56,463 nucleotides of DNA, taken from positions 1 to 56,463 of IMG/VR virus record IMGVR_UViG_3300025400_000023; one strand, 5' to 3'. The first letter of the stretch is position 1. Each line of letters starts with the position of its first letter. The notes below the pieces were generated by a model. That model saw nothing but the letters and a program-made list of their open reading frames with translations, was not told the DNA's origin and searched no databases. This stretch comes from a virus (lineage: Duplodnaviria; Caudoviricetes). Made by a program: the position numbers and the translations under genes. This document shows positions 18,001 to 26,543 of this stretch, one piece after another.

Positions 18001-18387
18001 GCCACCTGTTTGTGGAGAATTACCACCCAACAAAGAAGCTATACCTGCAGCGCCAGTAGCTAAAGCAGCTGGGTTTTTAGCCAAAGAAGAAAGTAAACTA
18101 GAAAGATTAAAAGAACTATTACCCGTAACTGGTGCAGAAAAATCTGTACCCGAACCAGACGAGGCCAGTTGTCCGTTTGCCGCACTTGTTCCAACGGCAG
18201 TTCCCATAAGAGGTTCGCCTCCATCAGACCCATTCACCAACGGCATACTGCTATTGCTTGTAGTATTAAAAGAGCCAAGGCTTGGGTTGGAAAAGAAAGT
18301 TGTTGTATCTACATTCCCAAGACCAGATAAATCTATCTTGGCATTGTTGTTATTGGAAAAGTCAAAATTACTGGTATCGACTGACAT
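15082..18387 (-). CDS. internal virion (DNA pilot/ejection-like) protein
   Basis: 1101 aa, G/S/T/Q/N-rich; GHTDGMADEVP...LSHGEFVVPADVV and YMNPY...GAFGGSR segments typical of such virion proteins. Confidence 0.7.
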   Translation of the reverse strand: MSVDTSNFDFSNNNNAKIDLSGLGNVDTTTFFSNPSLGSFNTTSNSSMPLVNGSDGGEPLMGTAVGTSAANGQLASSGSGTDFSAPVTGNSSFNLSSLLSSLAKNPAALATGAAGIASLLGGNSPQTGGYQGSIPNLIATRMQVPGANQVIPGQANKQYFTDTLYTDPSQQANAQAAIAAQAAAIAQNQMNAPIPTFAMQYQGIPGGQTYGSGISSLPAGSSFQANPSVLYGTGLGNYGQGAMTTGGPGQQGVSTLTQPNTTQLTSQQQAQLLAQQQAQQKAQDAAAAAKAKTTTTTDPILAAYQAGNYTLANQLINQQGLSAQDIVNKYKLNPTDAATVAKNLGYTGNLSNLNYGTSGTTTSTSPALAQQLATAFNNGVNPDVSTLNNLISSNKLTASQLATMFPSNINQILNIAGSEGINVPGASYTPITGSAANTGSKVVNSLMTNNPEFTNGVLTGPSQGSLAKQLQWNANTGNTQGLNALIQANGLNAGQLQSMFPGVDLSQYAAQGVNIPGYTPPTGVASLPSTSTSTPSGVSTAATGPLVGGQTDQAISSSQVPATSGGTAVATTAAPSNANTISSIISSGQASGMDNTAIASQLISAGVPAADVIAVVGPQNADVVNQAYAAAQGGDTTYGAKGGLMDLKYAAGGQTHDQPRYLKGHTDGMADEVPSSIDGIQPAKLSHGEFVVPADVVSHLGNGNSDAGADKLYQMMAKIRKARTGNPKQGKQINPDKYMPGGIVGYASGGAVAFATGGDTTGIGSANLGTNAAGVQGLGASATNTLSPYVGGYVTNMLGQGQALANAPMPVYQGPLTAGQSALQNQQFAGLSQMAQTGYTPMNYQTQNWSSQGIGSLPDLSTPSETSLVSQAASGQPFTQTTGAAAAPSMYGNSPAAQYMNPYLQQSLQPQLDALNYEAQQNQQTLLGNLTKQGAFGGSRQGVAQGVAEGNLLTNQANIIGQGYNTAYQNAMNQFNADQARQLQAQQNTEASRQFSANQAQQTLQALGTAGGVQQGIQNAADQAAYAEFQKQQQYPYQQLQFEQSLLQGLPISTAYTTPNTNTISNLSSNIGGLTGLYNALSPVLNSSGTTGGSSSGTTNG

Positions 18388-18388
18388 G

Positions 18389-19504
18389 TTATCTCCTCAT
18401 AAGGGATGGCAGACCCATCAGCCCACCTTTTGCTGCCATTGTAATGCTTTGCTGTTCATTTGTGGTATAAGGATTCTTAATTCCACCAATGTCATAATCC
18501 ACGATTTTACCCACCACAGGTGCTAAAACCTGTACTCCTGTACCACTAGATGAAGTTGAACTTGTAGGCGTTGTAGTTTGTGTAGGAGTATTTGTTGTAC
18601 CAGAGCTTCCTCCCGGTATGCTGACATTACCTGAGCCACTTGCTACATTGCTTGCCGCACTCAACACACCAGCCAAATTGCCTTTAGATGCTGCCGTTAG
18701 ACCGCCCAAAACATTCAGCACAGTCGATGTTCCATCAGGCAACAAACTACCAGCGCCTGTGGCATTAGCTATTGTGCTTGCCAGAGCCAACGGGTTTTTG
18801 CTCTGTACTGCATTGACGCCACTTGCCACTTGTTTGGCCGTGTTCAAATCAGATATGGTGGAAGGATCTAAACCCAACGTACTGCCCAATCCAGTAGCGG
18901 CAGTCAAAGTATTTAGTATCGTCCCTGTGTTTATTTTGCCATTCGCTATGGATTGAGCTGCACTCAATGCCGCAATAAAAGGTGCTGCACCTGGGACAAA
19001 AGATGCCATAGTTAGCAAATCTTGTGTCAAAGGAGAGCCACCTTTGGATGTATCCAAGGTAGAGGTAGGAGTTCCTGTTGCCGTCCAAGAAGGATCAAAC
19101 TTGGCTGAGCCACTTAGCTTTCCATTTGCGCCAGCAGGAAATACAGGATTAGAACCAGAGTATCCAGTTAGATTACCGTTGGCATCATAGTTTGCCGTCA
19201 ACTTTACAGTTGGATCCCACCCACTTGGAGTGGCAATGCTTTGGCTATAAGTTGTATTGCCATTCTCATCTGTGACCTGCTGCACACCCTTTGGCAACTT
19301 TGTAGTGTCAATGACAGTTTGCGTTGTATATTTGGGTGGATAAACAGGAACTTGATTGCCGTTTCCATCATCTTGGGTAACTGGAACTTGTACAGTCTTT
19401 GTAGGCAAACTACTTGTCCCTTGTGTAATAGAAGCAGGCAACCCTGTGAATGCAGAGTAAGTAGCCAAATCATTATTTGCCCATGTGGGTAATGTTGTAC
19501 TCAT
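18389..19504 (-). CDS. putative internal virion protein
   Basis: 371 aa, T/G/S-rich, ends MAAKGGLMGLPSLMRR. Confidence 0.6.
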   Translation of the reverse strand: MSTTLPTWANNDLATYSAFTGLPASITQGTSSLPTKTVQVPVTQDDGNGNQVPVYPPKYTTQTVIDTTKLPKGVQQVTDENGNTTYSQSIATPSGWDPTVKLTANYDANGNLTGYSGSNPVFPAGANGKLSGSAKFDPSWTATGTPTSTLDTSKGGSPLTQDLLTMASFVPGAAPFIAALSAAQSIANGKINTGTILNTLTAATGLGSTLGLDPSTISDLNTAKQVASGVNAVQSKNPLALASTIANATGAGSLLPDGTSTVLNVLGGLTAASKGNLAGVLSAASNVASGSGNVSIPGGSSGTTNTPTQTTTPTSSTSSSGTGVQVLAPVVGKIVDYDIGGIKNPYTTNEQQSITMAAKGGLMGLPSLMRR

Positions 19505-19851
19505 ACCGCCTCCCCACCACTGATCGTAATCGTCAATCCTGTAGTCGATGCCTTAGCTGAAATAAAAGAACTGGTTGGCAAAACCTGTACGCCTGTATAA
19601 GAGAATGTGGTATTGGCTGCTACGCTCTGAGCATAGAACAAAGCATTCTGAGTTCCTGCACTAAAAGTAGCAAGTACGATGTGCAAGTTAAAAGTAATTG
19701 CGCCGCCTGTTGTATTGCAAACATCTATCTGCTTGAGATATGTTCGAGTAGGAGTCGTAGCATTTGTAGGAACCGTGTAGAGCGTAGCATAGCTGGTCGT
19801 TAAAGCAGCCTGTGCAATCTGTACTGGAGTGACGTTTTGATAATTAGACAT
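19501..19851 (-). CDS. virion structural protein (beta-rich)
   Basis: TLYTVP...KQIDVCN...LTITISGGE; located in the tail block. Confidence 0.65.
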   Translation of the reverse strand: MSNYQNVTPVQIAQAALTTSYATLYTVPTNATTPTRTYLKQIDVCNTTGGAITFNLHIVLATFSAGTQNALFYAQSVAANTTFSYTGVQVLPTSSFISAKASTTGLTITISGGEAV

Positions 19852-20033
19852 TACACCCCCAACCAAATGAGCGTTTGATTAGTCGATACTTGATTACTAA
19901 TCACTTGGTTTACGTTATCGTTACTCGCAAAGTACAAACGTAACACTTTAGTTAATGTTTCAAAGTACTGTTGATCGTACTGCTGAGAAGGCAGTGGCAA
20001 GTTAGGAGATACATTGATCACAGGAATGCTCAT
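19851..20033 (-). CDS. small virion-associated protein
   Basis: PNLPLP..YDQQY...LRLYF; coupled overlaps. Confidence 0.65.
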   Translation of the reverse strand: MSIPVINVSPNLPLPSQQYDQQYFETLTKVLRLYFASNDNVNQVISNQVSTNQTLIWLGV

Positions 20034-21937
20034 GTGCTTCCCCTTCTGCCGTCTGGTTTGATCTCAAGCCTAGGTGTTCCCAATTGCCACTGGAGATTCA
20101 ACTGATTGCCTTCAATCTGGAATATCATCTGACGGCCACGCAAGCGCAAAAACACTTGGCCTGTAAACTGTTCAATGGGCGCAGTAGCAGTACGAGTTAC
20201 CGTGGCTATGTTTGTTCCGCCAGTAGCTTGTGGACTGTTGTATCCAGAGCCTGAGTTCTGCATAGGTATCAAAGTCATCGTCACCTGTGGATTACTGGTC
20301 GTAGACTTTCTAAACGTCACATCTGGCAAGATACGGTTTACAAACGAAAACTTATTGCCAAACTGGAGATCAAACTCAGACGATTGGATATAAGAATCCA
20401 TAGCATTATCTGTACCCGTTGTATTGTCATTCAATCCATACTCGTGATAGACAAGCGTATTGTTATACGTTGCGGCAATAGGATAGGTCAGTTCGGTCGA
20501 ATCAATCCAAGCCGTTCTAGCCATTTGTCCATAGTACCAAATGTCATCTTGGTAGTTATAGACTACATAACTATCGACTGTCGTACTGCCTGAAGAGCAA
20601 TAGAACCACCACACCTCATTGAACCCTTCGTTGGTTCCAGAGAATATCTGTTGGCTTTGGGCCAGATTGATGTTGGCAAATATATATTCACGCAAATCAC
20701 AACGAAGAGTAGATGTTGTACCGTTGTATTTGTAGAACTTATCAACGCCCATCCAATAAGTAGTACCAGCTGCGAGCACTGCTGCATTCTGGCTTACGAT
20801 GGATATGTTGTCTCCAACAATGTTCGAACTCCAAACGGCTGGTGTTCCTACATATTGGAAAGAATAAACCGATGTATCTGTCCAAACAATAATCTCCTGT
20901 CTGTTCTGCACGCAACTGATGATCTGAGAACCTCTAGACAAACGGATATCGCCTGCTTGGTTAGTAGCCGCTGGCGTCCATAAGGTTACTGATTCCTGAT
21001 CTGACCAACGAACAAGCATAGGATCCTGAGTACTGGTTCCCAGAGTATTAGTCCCAAATGCAAACACAAAGCGACTAGCATCGGAGACAAACACAAAATT
21101 AGCAATGGTCGGTACATCTGACGCTCCCGACAAAGTAGATATGTTGACTGCTGGACTGGATATACTGGAACTGTACGTCCAATAATAAATACCGCCACCT
21201 CTAGGGCAGAATATCAAATCCTGACCAAAGTTAGACTGACTCCATAACCTTAGACTGATCGTTGTAGAAGAACCTGTTCCCCATGTTCCTGAACCCCAGG
21301 TACTAGCACCCCATCCAGTCAATGGAACTTCGATGGCTGGCCCTACGTTAATCTGGTATGTGGCAGTAACCGTACCGCCACCTGAGCCACTCCCTGTGGC
21401 CGCAGCAGCTGCAGTAATCGTATAGTTGTCTACATCAACAATCGTTTGTACTTGGTACTGGCCATTGATCAATAAGCCATTAACAGTACTAGCGCCAGAG
21501 AAAGTAACAAAATCCCCGACCGTTACGCCATTAGCCGTATCAGTTACTCTAACCGTTGTAGACAAATTGGTGGTCGTAAAGGGATTGGTTAACGTACTGG
21601 TTTTACGAACAGGAGTAATATCATAGTACGCACCGCCTTTACTGATGTAGAACTTTAGGTTAGTTCCTACGCCAATCAAAGGTGTACCGTCTAGTGCCGC
21701 CCAGTTGAACAGAGAACGACAAACTCCCAAATAGGTAATCGTACTGTATGGATACCAGCCGCCCAACTTTTCGGGGAAACCTTGTCTAAATCTAACCAGT
21801 TGTGATTTATACCAACTTCCTACAATAGAAAAACCGGGGGAGTTAGTGCCTACCGTTTCAGAGGCATATTGAGTTTGCTCCCGATTTACACCAGGGCGAA
21901 ACATGATGGGCAGTAGTGCGGTAGGTGTATCGGCCAT
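20030..21937 (-). CDS. tail nozzle / DNA stabilization protein (P22 gp10 / T7 gp12-like)
   Basis: 635 aa beta-propeller-like; FRPGVNRE, VRFRQGFPEKLGGW, VRWSDQE, LRLRGRQ. Confidence 0.7.
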   Translation of the reverse strand: MADTPTALLPIMFRPGVNREQTQYASETVGTNSPGFSIVGSWYKSQLVRFRQGFPEKLGGWYPYSTITYLGVCRSLFNWAALDGTPLIGVGTNLKFYISKGGAYYDITPVRKTSTLTNPFTTTNLSTTVRVTDTANGVTVGDFVTFSGASTVNGLLINGQYQVQTIVDVDNYTITAAAAATGSGSGGGTVTATYQINVGPAIEVPLTGWGASTWGSGTWGTGSSTTISLRLWSQSNFGQDLIFCPRGGGIYYWTYSSSISSPAVNISTLSGASDVPTIANFVFVSDASRFVFAFGTNTLGTSTQDPMLVRWSDQESVTLWTPAATNQAGDIRLSRGSQIISCVQNRQEIIVWTDTSVYSFQYVGTPAVWSSNIVGDNISIVSQNAAVLAAGTTYWMGVDKFYKYNGTTSTLRCDLREYIFANINLAQSQQIFSGTNEGFNEVWWFYCSSGSTTVDSYVVYNYQDDIWYYGQMARTAWIDSTELTYPIAATYNNTLVYHEYGLNDNTTGTDNAMDSYIQSSEFDLQFGNKFSFVNRILPDVTFRKSTTSNPQVTMTLIPMQNSGSGYNSPQATGGTNIATVTRTATAPIEQFTGQVFLRLRGRQMIFQIEGNQLNLQWQLGTPRLEIKPDGRRGST

Positions 21938-21951
21938 GCTTTATTGTCTCA

Positions 21952-22548
21952 TTAGGCGCTTAAAACGGCAAGGGCTTTAGCCGTCAATTGTATGCGTTCG
22001 TTAAGCCCAAATAGACCGCCATTGATACGCTTACATAGCCCCTCTTCATTACCTGATTCAGCCAGTTGATTGCATCCGTGCGTAGCCCAAAACCACCCCC
22101 CACTCATAGCCGCATACATAGGTGTTTTTACCAAGTCTGGGTTTTTTACAAAATCCTGACCAAGAGCTTGTCCACAATGCCAGTAGTTATCGTGAAAGGT
22201 AAGCTGGATTGTGCCTCTTCCCCTGTACAAATACCCGTCCCCACTTGCTTCATTCCTGTTTCCTCCTCGATTGGCGTAAATTCTGTTGGCAATCTTTTGA
22301 GGTTGATGGGCAAAAAGGGCATACTCTTCTGGCTTAAAGTGAGTATGGAACAAGGCTTGAAGGGTTTCTGCTCTATAGTTAAGATTTTCTTCCAGTGTGC
22401 GGAAGTGGTTGCACTCGTGTGAAAGCTGTCCGATAAAGGCGGCCTGCTCTTTGACGGTAAAAATGCTGAACTTTTGGATGGTGGCATTAAGTGGCTCTAC
22501 CCATTCTGGCCCAATCTGTAGGGCATGAAGTTTCTCTACTGTGATCAT
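21952..22548 (-). CDS. glycoside hydrolase family 19 endolysin
   Basis: AAFIGQLSHEC...LEENLNY...YRGRGTIQLT...NY...KRINGG. Confidence 0.92.
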   Translation of the reverse strand: MITVEKLHALQIGPEWVEPLNATIQKFSIFTVKEQAAFIGQLSHECNHFRTLEENLNYRAETLQALFHTHFKPEEYALFAHQPQKIANRIYANRGGNRNEASGDGYLYRGRGTIQLTFHDNYWHCGQALGQDFVKNPDLVKTPMYAAMSGGWFWATHGCNQLAESGNEEGLCKRINGGLFGLNERIQLTAKALAVLSA

Positions 22549-23126
22549 TTCACACCCTCGTTAACTGTCTGCATCACTTCGTTGTATTGACTGATGCAGG
22601 CATTGAGCTTGACGATTGCTTTGTCTCCGTCTGAGGCGATTGCGACAATATCTTTAATAGTCTGTCGGTCAGATTCGGATCCATTGGTTTGATTTCCATT
22701 GGAGGCATCTGAACTGGCTTGTACACCACAGGTGGAGGGGAGGCGCAACTCGCCAGCATCAATGCGAGCATCAATACTAGCTTGCTTGGTCTTAATGTCA
22801 TTTTTAGCCTTCTTCAGTTGGCTGGTGGCTCTTGCGAGCTTGGTGTTGAGTTCGGCTTCTTTAGCCCTAGCTTCACCATTAAGTCGCTCAATTTCTGCTT
22901 TATCTTCTGCAACCCGTCTTTCATAACCTCGGTGATCAGCAACATAATAGCCTCCTATAACAACTAACGATAATCCCACAACCTTCATTACAAGGGCATG
23001 GGGCTTTAACATAGGGAGAAACCCTACAAGATAACTCAGTACATAAGCCGCTGCACCGCCTACCAGCGCAATGATGGCTATCCAATAAAACAGGTCATCT
23101 ACAAACCATGACAACCAACTAAGCAT
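22545..23126 (-). CDS. Rz: inner-membrane spanin (Rz-like)
   Basis: N-terminal TM segments, coiled coil, GELRLP..C and LNACISQY; contains an embedded lipoprotein gene. Confidence 0.8.
   Translation of the reverse strand: MLSWLSWFVDDLFYWIAIIALVGGAAAYVLSYLVGFLPMLKPHALVMKVVGLSLVVIGGYYVADHRGYERRVAEDKAEIERLNGEARAKEAELNTKLARATSQLKKAKNDIKTKQASIDARIDAGELRLPSTCGVQASSDASNGNQTNGSESDRQTIKDIVAIASDGDKAIVKLNACISQYNEVMQTVNEGVK
22574..22801 (-). CDS. Rz1: outer-membrane lipoprotein spanin (Rz1-like), embedded in Rz
   Basis: Signal peptide with lipobox LASC followed by a Pro-rich segment; +1 frame inside Rz. Confidence 0.75.
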   Translation of the reverse strand: MTLRPSKLVLMLALMLASCASPPPVVYKPVQMPPMEIKPMDPNLTDRLLKILSQSPQTETKQSSSSMPASVNTTK

Positions 23127-23580
23127 TTGACGCCCTTGCTTGTGCCATTCTCTCACGCTCATGGTCAGCTTCTAGCGTAGGAGGACTCATGGGTGGAGGA
23201 GGAGGCGTCCAGTTTGGAGCAGTCATGATAATAGGCGCAGGAGGAGGGGGTGGAGGAGCTACATAAGCATCCTTGTTTGCCTTTGCTGCGTTCATCATGT
23301 TAGTGGCTTCATTGGTCAATCCTTTAGTCAAAATACCACCAATACCGCCAACGATAAGTAATACTATATCATTAAGCATCTTGGTGTATGCTTGGTCGAT
23401 GGGCGCCATCGCCTTGATCGGCTGACTAACAAAAGTCACCGAATAAAGCAAAGCCATGACGATGAAAGCTAGGATTAGGGTTACCACTATGATCACAAAT
23501 GACCGTACCCTTATCTCTATTTCATCTGCATTGAGCCGTTCCTTGTTGCTGTTGAGGAGTGCTAGGAGGATTTCCTTCAA
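23119..23580 (-). CDS. two-TM membrane protein (holin candidate)
   Basis: Two hydrophobic helices and a Pro-rich tail, directly upstream of spanin and endolysin. Confidence 0.55.
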   Translation of the reverse strand: MKEILLALLNSNKERLNADEIEIRVRSFVIIVVTLILAFIVMALLYSVTFVSQPIKAMAPIDQAYTKMLNDIVLLIVGGIGGILTKGLTNEATNMMNAAKANKDAYVAPPPPPPAPIIMTAPNWTPPPPPMSPPTLEADHERERMAQARASNA

Positions 23581-23782
23581 TTTTCTTCTCCAAAATAGGG
23601 GCTACCAAATATTCAGGACAATCCTGATTAAACTCACATCGAGGCTTTTGACAGCGCTCTTTACCAAAGTTATCAGGGTCTTGGCAATAATACCTGTAAG
23701 TGTCATTGCAACTTGTAAACAAAAAAGGCAAAAATATACATATCAATATTGACGTGTATAGAAAATTAGGTTTTTTAATCAT
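23522..23782 (-). CDS. putative lipoprotein
   Basis: Hydrophobic leader with FTSC lipobox, then DTYRYYCQDP...C..P.C....CPE. Confidence 0.65.
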   Translation of the reverse strand: MIKKPNFLYTSILICIFLPFLFTSCNDTYRYYCQDPDNFGKERCQKPRCEFNQDCPEYLVAPILEKKIEGNPPSTPQQQQGTAQCR

Positions 23783-23940
23783 TTGCCTTCAATCCTTGTC
23801 AAAGCTTTGTTGACCCTTAGCTCCATCTGTCTTACATCCACATACATCCAAGCGATCAACGGAATCAACAATAACAAAATAACCAACAGAAGAATAATCA
23901 GTAGGATGGCGAGTGAGTCAGACTTATTATCATCAGCCAT
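23779..23940 (-). CDS. single-TM membrane protein
   Basis: Start MADDNK; about 23 consecutive hydrophobic residues. Confidence 0.6.
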   Translation of the reverse strand: MADDNKSDSLAILLIILLLVILLLLIPLIAWMYVDVRQMELRVNKALTRIEGK

Positions 23941-24617
23941 ATCCACATTAGCATCAGCACTGTAATTGCTGAAGCCACCATTCTTCCCCTGATTAGATCT
24001 GCCTTTTGCCGCCGTTGCCATTTTGCCCTACGCTCCTTCAGCATTTCTTCCCGTCTTGCAAGCGCCTGCACATTGGCAATGTGACCGATTTGCTGATTGA
24101 CCCGAGTATACAAGTCCTTCAATTCATTAGGCACATGGTATATCATGTAATCACTCAGCTCCTGATTCAACTTCTCCATCTGCAAATTGGCAATCGTGAT
24201 CTTGATTGCAGCCTCTTGGCCTTCATCGTTATTTGCATGGAGAGCAAATTCTTCCTGTTCCTTAACGTAATTCTTCAGCGAGTTATACGCTTGGAAGAAC
24301 TTGATGAGAGCATCACTTACCTGTTGGTAAATGAGGTTTTCATCAAATTCTGGCGGTGGCTCTTTTTTCTTTTTGACCTTCTTAACTGGCGCTACATCTG
24401 CAGTCGACTGCAGTTCTTCCTTCTTCCCAAAGACAGCACTCAGGAACCCAAGAAGACCTTTGGCTTTCTTTTGTACTGTCTTAACGTCTTTGACAACTCC
24501 ATCAACTTCATGGGCAATGTCAGTAACAATTTGCCGCCCTTCTTTGTACATCTCGCAAGCATCTTTGCAGAGCTTGAAAGCGCCAGAAGCAAGGGCAACA
24601 AGTGTAAACGGATCAAT
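23898..24617 (-). CDS. coiled-coil protein with C-terminal TM; probable AUU start
   Basis: ORF 23898..24551 extends in frame to ATT-GAT-CCG-TTT (IDPFTLVALAS) with GGAG 6 nt upstream. Confidence 0.7.
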   Translation of the reverse strand: MDPFTLVALASGAFKLCKDACEMYKEGRQIVTDIAHEVDGVVKDVKTVQKKAKGLLGFLSAVFGKKEELQSTADVAPVKKVKKKKEPPPEFDENLIYQQVSDALIKFFQAYNSLKNYVKEQEEFALHANNDEGQEAAIKITIANLQMEKLNQELSDYMIYHVPNELKDLYTRVNQQIGHIANVQALARREEMLKERRAKWQRRQKADLIRGRMVASAITVLMLMWIWLMIISLTHSPSY

Positions 24618-24620
24618 TTG

Positions 24621-24761
24621 TTACTCCGCCGCAGGTTGTTGTTGAGCTTGGGCTTCTTTCTGTACAGCCTCAATCAGTTGGAATACTTCTTGGAACGGTC
24701 TGGTTCCCAAGTAAGCCATGATCTGGTTAACGAGTTGTGTGGAGAGGGTGATCTTTTCCAT
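24621..24761 (-). CDS. 46-aa tail-associated protein
   Basis: Translated by hand: MEKITLSTQLVNQIMAYLGTRPFQEVFQLIEAVQKEAQAQQQPAAE. Confidence 0.75.
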   Translation of the reverse strand: MEKITLSTQLVNQIMAYLGTRPFQEVFQLIEAVQKEAQAQQQPAAE

Positions 24762-24992
24762 TTAAGCTACCTTTGCAATTGCTGTGTGAAGGGGTGTCAG
24801 GTCTTGGGTTGTCCAGTAGGTCTTAGCTACCATGATCTCCAAGTGCGCCTTGTTTCTTTGCAGAGTGGCTGTCCATTCTGCGTCTGTTTCGTTCTCAGGC
24901 TTTGTGCCGTTGATGAGGTTCACACTATCGAGGGCAGCCTCATAGTGTTTCTGAATCTCTTCTGCGGTTAAAGTTTCTACGATGTCGGTCAT
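24762..24992 (-). CDS. tail-fibre-associated small protein
   Basis: 76-aa ORF directly after the fibre genes. Confidence 0.7.
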   Translation of the reverse strand: MTDIVETLTAEEIQKHYEAALDSVNLINGTKPENETDAEWTATLQRNKAHLEIMVAKTYWTTQDLTPLHTAIAKVA

Positions 24993-24994
24993 GG

Positions 24995-26542
24995 TTATGC
25001 TCCTTTAAGTGTGGCTACTTCAGCCTTTAGTGATTGAATTTCTGCGTTAAGTTCTTGAATTGCTTTTACAAGAACTGGAATAATTTCTGTATAAGCAATA
25101 CTTAAAGGTAACAATTCACCTTTATCATTTAATTCTTTAGTAGGTACATCAACGACTTCAGGTAATGTTTTTAACACATCTTGAGCAATTAAACCTGTTT
25201 TTACATCTTTTGATTCATCACTTTTCAGCGTGTAAAAAATTGTTCTCCACGGAGAAATAATACTTAATGCGTTTTCTATGTTACCTGTAATGTTTTTAAT
25301 TCTTTCATCTGAACCAGACAACCATGCTGTACTGTTGTAATTTAATTTGACATTAGGGCCCCCATTTGCAGTGCAAGCAACAGCAAAAACATTACCTCCA
25401 GCGCCATAAGGAGATAATCCAATACCCCAATCATATTGAGTACCATTTGCACTTGTTGGACTATTACCTAATGCTGTTGCTCCTGATACAAAATGAATAG
25501 TACATTCTGTATTAGTTCCTGTGTTTGCAGAGCCTAATTGCAAAACTCCATAACTTCCACCATTTGATGTACTTAACCATGCTTCAATTCTGCCATCTGT
25601 AGATGAAGAACCTGATTGTGTTCTTAATGTTGAATCTGCCGCACTTGTAGTTCCAATTAACAATCTACCACTATTATCTAGTGTCATTGCTTGGGTGTAA
25701 CTTATTGTTGTACCAGCAGTACCTGAAGGGGCAATATTGAATCTAAATGTTCCATTAGAAGCATCTAATTTAGAAGATGCCGCTGTATATGGATAAGTCC
25801 AATTACCAGAAGTATTTAAATAAGCGTTACTGCCTAATTCAAGTGTGGTTGCATCATTGCTTCTGCCTTGAATAAAACCACCAGCACCAAGTTGAAATGC
25901 CCTTGAATAAGAATACCAAGTAGCAGGACCAGCTCCTAGCCCTAGGTTACCTGACTGACTAAGTTGCAATAAATCAGAACTACTTGTATTGCATCTAACA
26001 ACTAAATTTGAATTTGATGCACTTGTTACACCTACTTGAATATTGTATGATTCTCCACCAGTTCCGCTATTTGTCAAACGTAATTTAACATTAGAATTAT
26101 CGTTACCATTGATTATAATTCCATCTGATTGATTATTAGATAATACTCTAGAAACTCCTGTAACATCTAATTGATAACTAGGACTACTTGTACCTATACC
26201 TAAATAGCCTGATGTGGTAAGGCGCATATATTCAGTATTATTAGTTCTAAATATCATTGGCGTAGAACTAGAAGAACCAAAAAATGCGCCAGTTGAATCT
26301 GAATAAATTCTTGCTTGACCAGCAGTTGGTCCAAGATTTAATAAACCAGAAGTACCATTTGTTAATGCTAAAGTGTAATTGCCATCAAAACTTAAATTAG
26401 ACCCAGTAGCCAAAGCACTTGTACTAGACGCATACACCACACCATTTGCTGTATACGGGGCTGTTATGTTTGCGGCAGTACTTTGCGTTGTTCCATCAGG
26501 AAACGTGACTGCGGGGGATGAACCGTTAAGAGTAAGTGACAT
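24995..26542 (-). CDS. tail fibre/spike with peptidase S74 intramolecular chaperone
   Basis: GIGTSSP repeats; SDERIKNI...GLIAQDV...LVKAIQEL coiled coil. Confidence 0.85.
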   Translation of the reverse strand: MSLTLNGSSPAVTFPDGTTQSTAANITAPYTANGVVYASSTSALATGSNLSFDGNYTLALTNGTSGLLNLGPTAGQARIYSDSTGAFFGSSSSTPMIFRTNNTEYMRLTTSGYLGIGTSSPSYQLDVTGVSRVLSNNQSDGIIINGNDNSNVKLRLTNSGTGGESYNIQVGVTSASNSNLVVRCNTSSSDLLQLSQSGNLGLGAGPATWYSYSRAFQLGAGGFIQGRSNDATTLELGSNAYLNTSGNWTYPYTAASSKLDASNGTFRFNIAPSGTAGTTISYTQAMTLDNSGRLLIGTTSAADSTLRTQSGSSSTDGRIEAWLSTSNGGSYGVLQLGSANTGTNTECTIHFVSGATALGNSPTSANGTQYDWGIGLSPYGAGGNVFAVACTANGGPNVKLNYNSTAWLSGSDERIKNITGNIENALSIISPWRTIFYTLKSDESKDVKTGLIAQDVLKTLPEVVDVPTKELNDKGELLPLSIAYTEIIPVLVKAIQELNAEIQSLKAEVATLKGA

Positions 26543-26543
26543 A

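Noticed and set aside
24006-24971. 321-aa + strand ORF
   Set aside because: Antisense shadow of three real minus-strand genes; Leu/Phe-rich composition typical of reverse frames
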